Positions 10,048 to 19,524 are shown, numbered from the stretch's first letter. The stretch: DNA of 64,000 nucleotides from an uncultured Actinomycetes bacterium (GCA_963716975.1 CAVQVA010000040.1:17223-81222), one strand, 5' to 3'. Notes: generated from the letters alone by a model not told the origin. Made by a program: numbers and translations.

Positions 10048-10097
10048 GACGGCCGGCGAGACTCACGCTCGCGTCCCGCCCGGGCGTGCTGCGCGCC

Positions 10098-10529
10098 TCA
10101 GGTGACGGCGTCGACGCCTTCGCAGGCGAGCTCGAGCGTCTCGACCACGACGTCGTTGCCGCGGCCCTGGAGCGGGCCAAAGGAGTACGCGGTCGGCCAA
10201 GCGCGCCGGACGTTCCACCGACGAACCTCGACGCGGCCGGCATCGAGGAGGACGATCGAGACGTCTCGCCGGTCGAGATCGCCGTCGCGCACCGTTCGAA
10301 ACCAATTCCACAGCGCGAGGTCCTGATCGATCCCGCGGCGGAGCACGACGTTCCCGACCCTCGCCCGCCCCGGCAGCTTGCGCGTGCCCGAGCTCGGGTC
10401 GCTGCCCTCGCGATACTCGACGACTTCGATCCGGGTCTCCGGCACGACCACCTCGCTGAAGCCGGTCTCCGGAAGGCCGTCGATCTCGACCCGGAAGTTG
10501 AAGTTCCGGTACGGAGCATGGTCAGGCAT
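10098..10529 (-). CDS. phage T4 gp19-like tail-tube family protein (orphan)
   Basis: The ATG at 10529 gives MPDHAPYRNFNFRVEIDGLPETGFSEV.G....EV.EYREG. This N-terminal signature is what I recognise from the contractile-tail tube / conserved phage tail region protein family. The protein is 143 aa. Confidence 0.75.
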   Translation of the reverse strand: MPDHAPYRNFNFRVEIDGLPETGFSEVVVPETRIEVVEYREGSDPSSGTRKLPGRARVGNVVLRRGIDQDLALWNWFRTVRDGDLDRRDVSIVLLDAGRVEVRRWNVRRAWPTAYSFGPLQGRGNDVVVETLELACEGVDAVT

Positions 10530-10947
10530 CGTGCTGCACCTCCCTGGGGACGTAGGCGAGCTCGCGGTAGATCGCGAGGTCGTGGTGGATCGTCGCCTCG
10601 TACGGCCGACCCGAGCCGTCGCGGTACGCGCACCTGACCGCGAACTTCGTCGGCTCGCCTCGCCCGAAGTACGCGGCGCTCGAGTCGAGGAGCGTGCGGA
10701 TCTCCTTCGCAGGAGCGAGGAACTCGATGTGCCGGAAGAGAGCCAGCTCCGAGACGTCCTTCGTCCCTCCCAGCCCGCTGAGCCTCGGCTCGAAGGCGAA
10801 CGACACCTCGAGGGCGGGCGCGTCGCCGACGTTCGAGACCGCGAGGAAGAGCAACCCGTCCTCGAAGACGACGTCCAGCAGAACGTCCGGGCGGCGTTCG
10901 GACTCAGGCATCTGCGGCACCAGCTGCGTCTGACAGTACGACGCCAT
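10522..10947 (-). CDS. hypothetical protein (141 aa), overlaps the tail-tube-like gene by 8 nt
   Basis: ORF 10522..10947 has GC-rich third positions. It overlaps the downstream gene by 8 nt and starts 48 nt after the GGDEF-EAL stop. I recognise no family. Confidence 0.55.
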   Translation of the reverse strand: MASYCQTQLVPQMPESERRPDVLLDVVFEDGLLFLAVSNVGDAPALEVSFAFEPRLSGLGGTKDVSELALFRHIEFLAPAKEIRTLLDSSAAYFGRGEPTKFAVRCAYRDGSGRPYEATIHHDLAIYRELAYVPREVQHDA

Positions 10948-10995
10948 CCGCTGTCCGACAAGAGCGGCCGGGCGGGTCGCACGCTGCCGGTGACG

Positions 10996-12978
10996 CTACG
11001 CGGCGGCGTATTCCGAGCTCGCGACCGCCACGTCGATCTCACTTGCCGGAAGAGCACGTGCGAACAGAAACCCCTGCGCCTGGTCGCATTCGAGCCCGCG
11101 CAGAAGAGATTCTTGGGCTCTCGTCTCGACGCCCTCGGCTACGACCCGGAGGCCGAGGCTGTGAGCCATCTCGATGGTGGCCCGGACGATCGTCCGGTCC
11201 TGCGGGCTCGTGGCGATCCCGCCGACGAGCGAGCGATCGATCTTCACCTCGTGCGCGGGGAGGTTCTTCAGGTAGGCAAGCGACGAGTACCCGGTTCCGA
11301 AGTCGTCGACCGAGAGCTGAAAACCGATCGTCGCGAGCCGATCGAGTACGGATCTGCCGCGGTCGACGTCGGCCATGATCGTGGTCTCCGTGATCTCGAG
11401 GCAGAGGCTGGGCGGAGCGACACCGTAACGGCTCGATAGCTCTTCGAGCTGATCCGGGAGCTCGAGGTCGAGAAGGTCGATCGCCGTGAGGTTCACGGAG
11501 ACTGCAAGGTCGTCGCGGAGATCTTGCCAATCGGCCAGCTGCTTGAGCGCGAGCTCGACGATTGCACGCGAGAGGTGGCGGATCGCTCCGGTCCTCTCCG
11601 CAATCGGAATGAACGCGCCGGGTGGAAGCAGGCCGCGCGTCGGATGCTGCCAGTACGTGAGGAGCTCGAAGCCGACGACGTTGCGTGAGGAAAGCTCGAT
11701 CTTCGGTTGGAAGTGTGGCACGAGCTCTCCGCGTCCGGGAGCGTCGCGGAGCTCCCCGAGGAGGACGAGCTGCTCGGGATCGTGGGGGTCGACCGCGGGG
11801 CTGTAGGAGAGGACCCCGACCCGCCACGAGTTCGCCGTGTGCATCGCGACCTCCGCATGCCGGAGGACCGTGTCCGCATCGACCCCGTCGGTCGGGAACA
11901 CGGAGACGCCGACGCTCGCGTCCACCGCGATCGGGATGCCGTCGACGACGAGCGGCCGCTCGACGGCCGCTCTGATTCGCTCGGCGATCTCGAACACTTC
12001 GTCGTCGGAGTCGAACTCGAGGACAATCGCGAACTCGTCTCCCACCGAGCGGGCCAGGAGCGTGTCGCGGTCGAGCAGCACCTCGAGCCTGGATCCCACC
12101 GCACGCAGGACAGCGTCGCCGGCGGCTTGTCCGAGCGTGTCGTTGATCTCACGGAAGTTGTGGAGGTCTACGAGGAGGACGGCTAGCTGTCGACCTCCCG
12201 CCTCGGCCCTCGCGAGCGCGACCCCGAGGCGTTGTCGGAGGTGCGCTCGATTCGGCAGGCCGGTGAGCTCGTCGTAGAAGCCCTGGAAGTGAATCGTCTC
12301 GATCTGACGGCCGATACGCCGAGAAACGCGGGCAAGGATCGGAACGAAGATGGCGAAGAGAACGAGCAGCAGCACCTCGAGAACACCTCCGACCCAGAGA
12401 AGCGCCCGTTGCGCATCGCGCTCGATCGGCTCGTACGACTGGACGATCGTCGCAGCACCGCGCTGACCGCCCCGCGCGGCCACCGGCGCATAGGTCTCGA
12501 GAACCTTCGTCGCTGTGGGCCTCCCTACAGCATGCGATGTGGACGTTCTGCTCACGATGACTCCGTTGGCGGCCTCTGCCGCGAGCGTCGCAGAAACACG
12601 CGCTCCGATGAGCCTGTGGTCCGTTGAGTACGTGACGAGGCCATCGTCCCGTACGAGCGACAGGCCAAGGATCTCGGCCGAGACGCGATGATTGCGAAGG
12701 AGTCCGTCGAGCGTCGCTCGGCGCGAGTCGTCGACAGGACGAAGCAGGTCCGAGCGTCGAACCTCCCGCTGCAGGAGCGTCGCAGTTACGAGGCTCGCCT
12801 GCCGCGTCGCCGAGGATTCGGCTTGCGAGATCGTGAAGCTCCGCACGAGAACGAGAATCAGCGCAGAAGCGAGCGCCAGCGCGACGGAGAGCACGGCCGC
12901 GAAGCGAAGCACCAGCCGAGGAGGCCGCTCCATCGCGAAGAGGCCTCGTTCGTCTTGCGAGCGGCGGCCAAGCCTCAT
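10996..12978 (-). CDS. membrane-anchored GGDEF-EAL (diguanylate cyclase/phosphodiesterase) protein
   Basis: ORF 10996..12978 has two N-terminal hydrophobic segments, a GGDEF domain (LTGLPNR...SVGDEFAIV) and an EAL domain (ELLTYWQHP...EITETT...DDFGTGYSSL). An alternative ATG lies at 12933. Confidence 0.9.
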   Translation of the reverse strand: MRLGRRSQDERGLFAMERPPRLVLRFAAVLSVALALASALILVLVRSFTISQAESSATRQASLVTATLLQREVRRSDLLRPVDDSRRATLDGLLRNHRVSAEILGLSLVRDDGLVTYSTDHRLIGARVSATLAAEAANGVIVSRTSTSHAVGRPTATKVLETYAPVAARGGQRGAATIVQSYEPIERDAQRALLWVGGVLEVLLLVLFAIFVPILARVSRRIGRQIETIHFQGFYDELTGLPNRAHLRQRLGVALARAEAGGRQLAVLLVDLHNFREINDTLGQAAGDAVLRAVGSRLEVLLDRDTLLARSVGDEFAIVLEFDSDDEVFEIAERIRAAVERPLVVDGIPIAVDASVGVSVFPTDGVDADTVLRHAEVAMHTANSWRVGVLSYSPAVDPHDPEQLVLLGELRDAPGRGELVPHFQPKIELSSRNVVGFELLTYWQHPTRGLLPPGAFIPIAERTGAIRHLSRAIVELALKQLADWQDLRDDLAVSVNLTAIDLLDLELPDQLEELSSRYGVAPPSLCLEITETTIMADVDRGRSVLDRLATIGFQLSVDDFGTGYSSLAYLKNLPAHEVKIDRSLVGGIATSPQDRTIVRATIEMAHSLGLRVVAEGVETRAQESLLRGLECDQAQGFLFARALPASEIDVAVASSEYAAA

Positions 12979-13694
12979 CAGCGTCTCCGCTTCCCGCCGA
13001 AGCCACGGAGGAGGTCGTCCACTGTCCCTTGGACCGTCGACACCGGATCCTCGACGAGATCGCTCGGTTCGGGAAGAGCCCCTGTAACTGCCGGCACCAC
13101 AGGTGGGAGTGGGGTCGGCGGCGGCGGAGGCGGCGGAGGCGGCCCCGGAGGCGGTGGCGCGACGACCGGCGGCGGAGGTGGTGCGGGAGGCGGAGGAGGC
13201 GGCGGCGATGGCTCGGGCTCCGTGGCGCTCGGAGCCGTGCTGGAGCTTCCGCTGCCATCGGTGTTCCCTCCGTCGCTCGGGGTGGGCTCCGCGGTGTCCG
13301 GTGGCGCCGTACTCGAAGGCGGGCTGCCGGTGGGCGAGCTCGGTCCATCCGTGGCAGCGGGATGGACGGGACCGCCTGAATCAGCTCGCGCGACCGTCTC
13401 CGCATTCGACGCGCGACTACGAACCTCGTTCACCGGGGTAGCGGCGACGCCTACTCGCACGGGTCGGTCCCTCGGGCCGGCGAGGATGAGAAGACCGCGC
13501 ACGGATGCGGGAGCGCCCGAGGTATTTGCCAGACCCGGGCTCTCGACGAACGGGAGGATCGGAGCGAGGGCACGCTGTGCGAGCTCGGGGAAGGGCACGA
13601 CGAGTCCTCCGAGCGTCAGGAGCGGCACCGGCACGCACATCAGCAACGCGACAGCGAGCAGCTGTCCGCGTGGCAGGCCAGTCGCTTCGACCAT
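12978..13694 (-). CDS. proline-rich membrane-anchored/secreted protein
   Basis: Minus-strand ORF 12978..13949. The ATG at 13694 (or 13736) gives a hydrophobic anchor (LLAVALLMCVPVPLLTLGGL), then an S/T/P-rich region and a long poly-Pro tract. Its stop overlaps the GGDEF-EAL start (ATGA). Confidence 0.55.
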   Translation of the reverse strand: MVEATGLPRGQLLAVALLMCVPVPLLTLGGLVVPFPELAQRALAPILPFVESPGLANTSGAPASVRGLLILAGPRDRPVRVGVAATPVNEVRSRASNAETVARADSGGPVHPAATDGPSSPTGSPPSSTAPPDTAEPTPSDGGNTDGSGSSSTAPSATEPEPSPPPPPPPAPPPPPVVAPPPPGPPPPPPPPPTPLPPVVPAVTGALPEPSDLVEDPVSTVQGTVDDLLRGFGGKRRR

Positions 13695-13851
13695 GCCGGA
13701 GTTCGGATATCGCCGCTCGCGTCCGATCGCGCTCATGGGAAAGGAGAAACGCCGCAGTGCTGTCTCAGCGTGCGCGCATCGGGACCCTCGGCGTCCCCCG
13801 ATTGGGGGCCGCTGCCCGAGGGAAGGAAGGCACGGGTTAGCCTTGCCGGCG

Positions 13852-14895
13852 ATGAAGCTCGTATCCGTCGTCGGAAACCGCCCGCAGTTCGTCAAGTCGG
13901 CGCCGCTGTCGATTGCCCTGGGTACCGCAGGTCTCGACGAGGTCGTCATTCACACCGGGCAGCACTACGACGCGGAGCTCTCGGGGATCTTCTTCGAGGA
14001 GCTCGGGCTCTCGGAACCGAGGTATCGGCTGGATCTCCACACGTCCGACCCCATGACGATGGCGGCCGGGGTCGAGCAGGTCCTCGTGGACGAGCGACCG
14101 GATCTCGTCCTCGTGTACGGCGACACGAACTCGACGCTGGCCGGTGCGCGGGCTGCGACGAGTAGCGGCGTGCCACTCGCACACGTCGAGGCGGGTCTTC
14201 GCAGCGGCGACCTCTCGATGCCGGAGGAGCACACGCGCATCGAGGTCGACGACGTATCCGAGCTCCTCTTCTGTCCTGACGAGCGCTCCCGGCAGACCCT
14301 GCAGAACGAGGACGTGGCCGGGTCGGTTCACGTCGTCGGCGACGTCATGGCCGATGCGAACCGCCTCTTTGCGCCGATTGCCCGTACTCGACATCCGGTC
14401 CCGTACGAGCCGCAGAGGTACGTCGTGGCAACGATCCATCGTCAGGCAAATGTCGCCCAGCCACGACTCGCAAGCATCGTGGACGGGCTGAACCGGCTAC
14501 CCGAGGAGGTCGTTTTCCCGGCCCACCCCCGAACGCGGAACGCGATCGCACAGAACGGCCTCGTACTCGCGCCTCACGTTCATCTGCTCGCGCCGCTCGG
14601 CTTCCTCGAGCTCTCGGCCATCGCCTCGCAGGCTCGCGTGATCGTGACCGATTCCGGCGGTCTCCAGAAGGAGGCGTACTGGTACGGCGTGCCGTGCGTG
14701 ACGACGCGGCCGTCGACCGAGTGGATCGACACCGTCGAGGTGGGCGCGAACGTACTGGTCGACGCCGATCCGGGCGCGCTCGTCTCCGCTGTCGCCAAGG
14801 CCGCGTTTCCGCTGAATGCACCGGTGCTCTACGGCGACGGCCATGCCTCCGAGCGGATCGCAGGGGTGCTCCGCGCTACGATGCGCGGCCGATGA
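13852..14895 (+). CDS. UDP-N-acetylglucosamine (or UDP-2,3-diacetamido-glucuronate) 2-epimerase, WecB/WbpI family
   Basis: The ATG at 13852 within ORF 12688..14895 gives MKLVSVVGNRPQFVKSAPL...HTGQHYD...VYGDTNSTLAG...HVEAGLRS, the non-hydrolysing 2-epimerase signature. Confidence 0.9.
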   Translation: MKLVSVVGNRPQFVKSAPLSIALGTAGLDEVVIHTGQHYDAELSGIFFEELGLSEPRYRLDLHTSDPMTMAAGVEQVLVDERPDLVLVYGDTNSTLAGARAATSSGVPLAHVEAGLRSGDLSMPEEHTRIEVDDVSELLFCPDERSRQTLQNEDVAGSVHVVGDVMADANRLFAPIARTRHPVPYEPQRYVVATIHRQANVAQPRLASIVDGLNRLPEEVVFPAHPRTRNAIAQNGLVLAPHVHLLAPLGFLELSAIASQARVIVTDSGGLQKEAYWYGVPCVTTRPSTEWIDTVEVGANVLVDADPGALVSAVAKAAFPLNAPVLYGDGHASERIAGVLRATMRGR

Positions 14896-16163
14896 AACGC
14901 GACGTGGCCATCGTGGGCGCGGGCTACGTCGGCCTGCCGCTCGCCCGGACCTTCGCCGAGGCCGGGAAGCACGTCGTGCTCGTCGACATCGACACCGAGC
15001 GGGTCGCTGAGATCAACCGCGGGGAGAGCTACATCGAGGACGTTCCGGCGGACGTCTTCAGGACGCTCGTCTCGAGCGGCCACGTGAGCGCGACGACGGA
15101 CTACGACGAGCTCCGCGATGCGGACGCGATCCTCATCGCGCTTCCCACGCCCCTGTCGCGACAGCGCGAGCCAGATCTCTCGATCCTGCTCTCCGCGACG
15201 GAGCAGATTGCGAAGCGGCTGCGACCCGGCCAGCTCGTGGTGCTCGAGTCGACGACCTACCCGGGCACGACGACCGAGAAGCTCCTCCCGCTGCTCGAGC
15301 AGGGAAGCGGTCTGAAGGCGGGCACGGACTTCCACCTGGCGTTCTCGCCGGAGCGGGTCGACCCGGGGAATCGCGACTGGACGACGAAGAGCGTCACGAA
15401 GGTGGTGGGCGGCGTCGACGACGACTCGACCGAGGCTGCGGCTGCCCTCTACTCGTCCGCGATCGACACCATCCACCGCGTCTCTTCGCCCGAGGCTGCG
15501 GAGCTCACGAAGCTGCTCGAGAACATCTTCCGCTCGGTGAACATCGCGCTCGTGAACGAGCTCGCGCAGCTCTGCGAGCGGATGGACATCGACGTGTGGG
15601 AGGTCGTGGAAGCAGCAGCTACGAAGCCATTCGGCTTCATGTCGTTCCAGCCCGGGCCCGGGCTCGGCGGGCACTGCATCCCGATCGACCCCTTCTACCT
15701 GACCTGGAAGGCTCGCGAGTACGGCTTCTCCACCGAGTTCATCGAGCTGGCCGGGAAGGTCAACGAGTCGATGCCCTACTACTGCCGGTCGCTCGTCTCG
15801 CAGGCGCTCAACCACACCCGGCAGCGCTCGCTCAAGGGATCGCGCATCCTCGTGCTCGGCATCTCGTACAAGCCGGACATCTCGGACATGCGCGAGTCGC
15901 CCGCGGTCAAGATCATCAGCCTGCTCGCAAATGCCGGTGCGGACGTCGCCTACCACGATCCACACGTGGCCGAGTTCTCCGAGCACGGGCTCACGATGGA
16001 GTCCGTCCCGCTCGAGCCGGCCGCATACGACTGCGTCGTGATCGTCACGGACCACTCGTCCGTCGACTACGACCGGCTCGTCGAGGACGCCCAGCTCGTC
16101 GTCGACCTTCGCAACGCCACCGGCTCGAACGGCAAGAACTCCGAGAAGGTCTGGCGCCTGTGA
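14892..16163 (+). CDS. nucleotide-sugar 6-dehydrogenase (UDP-GlcNAc/UDP-ManNAc dehydrogenase, WbpA/WecC-like)
   Basis: The ATG at 14892 (ATGA overlap) gives VAIVGAGYVGLPLA Rossmann motif and the catalytic GGHCIPIDP motif. Confidence 0.9.
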   Translation: MKRDVAIVGAGYVGLPLARTFAEAGKHVVLVDIDTERVAEINRGESYIEDVPADVFRTLVSSGHVSATTDYDELRDADAILIALPTPLSRQREPDLSILLSATEQIAKRLRPGQLVVLESTTYPGTTTEKLLPLLEQGSGLKAGTDFHLAFSPERVDPGNRDWTTKSVTKVVGGVDDDSTEAAAALYSSAIDTIHRVSSPEAAELTKLLENIFRSVNIALVNELAQLCERMDIDVWEVVEAAATKPFGFMSFQPGPGLGGHCIPIDPFYLTWKAREYGFSTEFIELAGKVNESMPYYCRSLVSQALNHTRQRSLKGSRILVLGISYKPDISDMRESPAVKIISLLANAGADVAYHDPHVAEFSEHGLTMESVPLEPAAYDCVVIVTDHSSVDYDRLVEDAQLVVDLRNATGSNGKNSEKVWRL

Positions 16164-17146
16164 GCCTTCGCGTCGGCCAGGCCGGCCTCGGCGAGTGGGG
16201 CAAGAACCTCGCGAGAAACTTCGCCGACGTCGCCGATCTTGCGTGGCTCAGCGACACGGCCGACGGCAAGAAGGACGAGTTCGGAGCCCGCTACCCGAGC
16301 GCCCGCTGGGCCGACAGTCTCGAGGAGATGCTCGAGGATCCGGCGCTCGACGCGGTCGTGATCGCAACACCCGTACCGACGCACTACGAGCTCTCGAAGC
16401 TTGCGCTGGAGGCGGGCAAACACGTCTTCGTCGAGAAGCCCCCCGCGATGACGGCTCCGGAGATCGACGAGCTCGTCGCGATCGCGGACGAGCGCGACCT
16501 CGTGCTCATGCCAGGCCACCTCTTGCTCTACCACCCGGGCGTCCGGAAGCTGAAGGAGCTGGTCGACACGGGAGAGCTCGGTGAGGTCCTCTGCGTATAC
16601 GGAAACCGGCAGAACCTCGGCCGCATCCGGCCGTACGAGAACGCGCTCTGGTCGCTCGGCGTGCACGACCTCTCGGTCATCCTCTATCTCCTCGACGAGG
16701 ATCCCGTCGAAGCGCTTGCACACGGACGTGACTTCCTCCAGCCCGGAGTCGAGGACGTCGTCTTCTGCTACCTGCGCTTCCCGTCCGGGCGGATCGCGCA
16801 CATGCACCTCTCCTGGCTCGACCCGCACAAGATGAGGAAGATGACCGTCGTCGGCACGGAGAAGATGGCCGTCTTCGACGACATGGAGCTCGATCGCAAG
16901 GTCACGATCTACGAGAAGTCGCCGTGGAGGCCGGTCGACACGTACGGCGAGTGGCAGACGCGCACCGGCGACATCCGTATCCCGAAGATCGCGACAGATG
17001 AGCCGCTGAAGCTCGAGTGTCGCTACTTCGTCTCGCTGGTGGGTGGCGACGGCGACCGTGGCAAGGTGGCCAGCGACGGCGCCCGCGTGGTACGAGCGCT
17101 CGACATGCTGACGAACGCGCTTCGCGCCGGCGCCATAGCCCAGTGA
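16160..17146 (+). CDS. Gfo/Idh/MocA family oxidoreductase (WbpB-like)
   Basis: GTG at 16160 (GTGA overlap). It has an N-terminal Rossmann motif GLGEWGKNLA and the EKP motif (VFVEKPPA). Confidence 0.85.
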   Translation: MSLRVGQAGLGEWGKNLARNFADVADLAWLSDTADGKKDEFGARYPSARWADSLEEMLEDPALDAVVIATPVPTHYELSKLALEAGKHVFVEKPPAMTAPEIDELVAIADERDLVLMPGHLLLYHPGVRKLKELVDTGELGEVLCVYGNRQNLGRIRPYENALWSLGVHDLSVILYLLDEDPVEALAHGRDFLQPGVEDVVFCYLRFPSGRIAHMHLSWLDPHKMRKMTVVGTEKMAVFDDMELDRKVTIYEKSPWRPVDTYGEWQTRTGDIRIPKIATDEPLKLECRYFVSLVGGDGDRGKVASDGARVVRALDMLTNALRAGAIAQ

Positions 17147-17793
17147 GCGCCGACGTCCATCCGACCGCGACCGTCCACCCCGGCACGGTGCTCGGAGACG
17201 GCGTGAGGGTGCTGGAGAACGCCGTCGTCGGTAAGCAGCCCTCGCTCTCGCCGCGGTCGACGGCGAAGAAGGAGCCGCTACCCCCTACCGAGATCGGCGA
17301 CGGGACGATCGTCTCCACCGGCGCGATCGTCTTCGCGGGGTCGCGCATCGGGGCGCGTGTGATCCTGGGTGATCAGAGCTGCGTTCGCGAGCGCGTCACG
17401 ATCGCCGATGACGTGGTCGTGGGGCGCGGCAGCCTCGTCGAAAACGACACGACGATCGGGGCCCGGACCAAAATCCAAGCCGACGCGTACGTCACCGCGT
17501 ACTCCATGCTCGAGGAGGACGTCTTCATTGCGCCGTGCGTCGTGACGACGAACGACAACTTCATGGGCCGAACCGAACGCCGCCACGCCCTGAGGCGTGG
17601 TCCGACGATCCGTCGAGGCGCTCGCGTCGGGAGCGGATCCGTCCTCTGTCCGGGCGTCGAGGTCGGGGAGGAAGCCTTCGTCGGGGCGGGCGCCGTCGTC
17701 ACGAAGGACGTGCCGCCTCGGGCCGTCGTCGTCGGCAACCCGGCTCGCGTCCTGCGCGAGGTCGCCGAGGACGAGCTCCTGGGACCCGCCTAG
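17143..17793 (+). CDS. hexapeptide-repeat (left-handed beta-helix) acetyltransferase (WbpD-like)
   Basis: GTG at 17143 (GTGA overlap). The sequence has repeated [LIV]G-x4 hexapeptides throughout. Confidence 0.85.
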   Translation: MSADVHPTATVHPGTVLGDGVRVLENAVVGKQPSLSPRSTAKKEPLPPTEIGDGTIVSTGAIVFAGSRIGARVILGDQSCVRERVTIADDVVVGRGSLVENDTTIGARTKIQADAYVTAYSMLEEDVFIAPCVVTTNDNFMGRTERRHALRRGPTIRRGARVGSGSVLCPGVEVGEEAFVGAGAVVTKDVPPRAVVVGNPARVLREVAEDELLGPA

Positions 17794-17880
17794 CAGGCCG
17801 AGCGGCCAGCCGCCGAAAGCACCCTGGGCATGCTTCGACCATGTCGGCCGGGGCGCTCAACGAGGGCTCGAGCTGCAAGC

Positions 17881-19524
17881 TCAGCTCTTGACGATCGCGA
17901 GCCGGTACGCCGTCGCACCGGGTGCTGACATACGAACCTGAATGAAGTACGTGCCCGCCGCGCGAGCCCGGTAGGAGAGGTACTCGCGGCCGCCGGGCCG
18001 GGCAGAGAGACGGGCACGCCAGCGAAAGCTCCGTACGTCCTCGATCGACTGAGTCTGTGGGAGCCAGAGCGCGAGGTTGAGGTCGGCCGCGCGGTCCGCC
18101 GCGGTGAGCCCGACGTAGACGGCTTGTCCCTTTCGCAGCCCCACCGCATAGACGTCGTCCTGGTCGTCCCAGAAGTCGACGGTCGCACTGATTCGCCGAT
18201 CCCGACCCGAGACGCCGGCGGCACGTCGCCCCACGTCGTCGTTCGCCTCGTGCCGGTCGCGAAGCGGGAGCGGCTTGGAGAGCTCGGCGAGCGCTGCAGC
18301 CATGTCGATGCGGCCCCAGCCCGAAAGCGCGTCACGGCCCACCGCACACGCGGGACAACCGTTCTCCGCATTCACGTCTGCCGCAGAGTGTCGGAGGATC
18401 GCCGAGATCTGCTCCGGCCTCAGTGAGGGCCGCAGGCTCAGGAGAACTGCAGCGGCCGCGGTCACCTGCGGCGCGGCGAAGGACGTTCCCTGCGCCTCTC
18501 GGTACTCGTCGGGCCCACAGCTCGAGAACCCCTGCTCGTTGCAGGACGGAAACCTCGACGTCAGCGGGCGGGGGAAGATCGAGAGGATCTGCTCGCCGGG
18601 AGCCGACAGGTCGTTGTAGATGCGGTCGCGATTCGAGAACTCGGGGACGGACCCGTTCTGGGCGAGCGCACTTACGCCGAGCACGTGCGGCAACGCTGCG
18701 GGATAGCTGGCGTACGGCCACGGGCTGGAAGGCGCCTGATCGTCGTTCCCGACCGCTGCCACGACGAGCACGCCCTTCTCCACCGCGTAGGAGACCGCGT
18801 CCGCCTCGAGCTGCGAATAGCTGTCGCGTTCGAGGTCGAGAGGATCGCGGAGACCGCCGAGGCTCATGTTGATGACCCTCGCTCCGCTGTCGACCGCCCA
18901 CCGGATCGCGCGCGCCTCGGCGACGATCGGAATCGTCCGGGACGGCGTGACGACCTTCGCGACGAGCAGCTGAGCCGATGGCGCGAGACCGGCGATGCCG
19001 ACGCCGTTGTCGACCCCCGCCGCGATGAGACCGGCGACGAACGTGCCGTGTCCGAGAGAGTCGACTCGCGCAGATCCGCCGACGAAGCTCTTTGCGTCCA
19101 GGATCTTCCCGGCGAGCTCGGGATGGCTCGCGTCAACACCCGAGTCGATCACTGCGACGGGGACCGACTCGAAGGCGGGATACGTCAGCCAGGACTCGTA
19201 GAAGTGGCTTTGCACCAGGTACCACTGGCGCGTGACGAAGGGATCCGTCGGGGTGAGCGCAGGCCTTCGCAACGCGAGACGCTCGGCGTAGCGGACACCG
19301 CGGATCCGCTCCAGCCGGACGTTCGCTGGCACGGAGACGACCAGCGCCGGGATCGGGGCGAGGTCCGCCGTCACACGTCCACCGCGGCTCGTGACCGCTG
19401 CTGCGACCCTCTCCGCGTCCGCAGGTCTTCCGATCCCGACGGCGTAACGAGCCGCGCCGGCAACGCCGGGGACGACGAGCACGGCGGCTAGCGCCGTGAC
19501 GAATGCGAGCCCGAATCGCCTCAT
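17881..19524 (-). CDS. secreted S8 subtilisin-family serine peptidase with C-terminal beta-sandwich (PPC-like) domain
   Basis: The ATG at 19524 (ATGA overlap with the SpoIID stop) gives signal peptide MRRFGLAFVTALAAVLVVPGVAGA. The catalytic motifs are VAVIDSGVD, HGTFVAG and GTSFAAPQV. The rest of the 893-aa ORF upstream is shadow. Confidence 0.85.
   Translation of the reverse strand: MRRFGLAFVTALAAVLVVPGVAGAARYAVGIGRPADAERVAAAVTSRGGRVTADLAPIPALVVSVPANVRLERIRGVRYAERLALRRPALTPTDPFVTRQWYLVQSHFYESWLTYPAFESVPVAVIDSGVDASHPELAGKILDAKSFVGGSARVDSLGHGTFVAGLIAAGVDNGVGIAGLAPSAQLLVAKVVTPSRTIPIVAEARAIRWAVDSGARVINMSLGGLRDPLDLERDSYSQLEADAVSYAVEKGVLVVAAVGNDDQAPSSPWPYASYPAALPHVLGVSALAQNGSVPEFSNRDRIYNDLSAPGEQILSIFPRPLTSRFPSCNEQGFSSCGPDEYREAQGTSFAAPQVTAAAAVLLSLRPSLRPEQISAILRHSAADVNAENGCPACAVGRDALSGWGRIDMAAALAELSKPLPLRDRHEANDDVGRRAAGVSGRDRRISATVDFWDDQDDVYAVGLRKGQAVYVGLTAADRAADLNLALWLPQTQSIEDVRSFRWRARLSARPGGREYLSYRARAAGTYFIQVRMSAPGATAYRLAIVKS

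Noticed and set aside
10098-10947. Prophage or eCIS locus
   Set aside because: Only a single tail-tube-like gene is present. No sheath, baseplate, capsid, terminase, integrase or att-like repeats are visible in the window. It is reported as an orphan or domesticated gene, not as a mobile element.
12688-13851. Plus-strand poly-glycine ORF (GGGGGGGGGPGGGG...) fused in frame to the 2-epimerase
   Set aside because: Its 5' part is antisense to the well-supported GGDEF-EAL gene. The epimerase has its own ATG (13852) with a family-typical N-terminus. The complementary Pro-rich frame has a membrane anchor and ATGA coupling. The GGC/GGA repeat at about 13100-13210 is therefore treated as coding low complexity, not as a tandem-repeat element.
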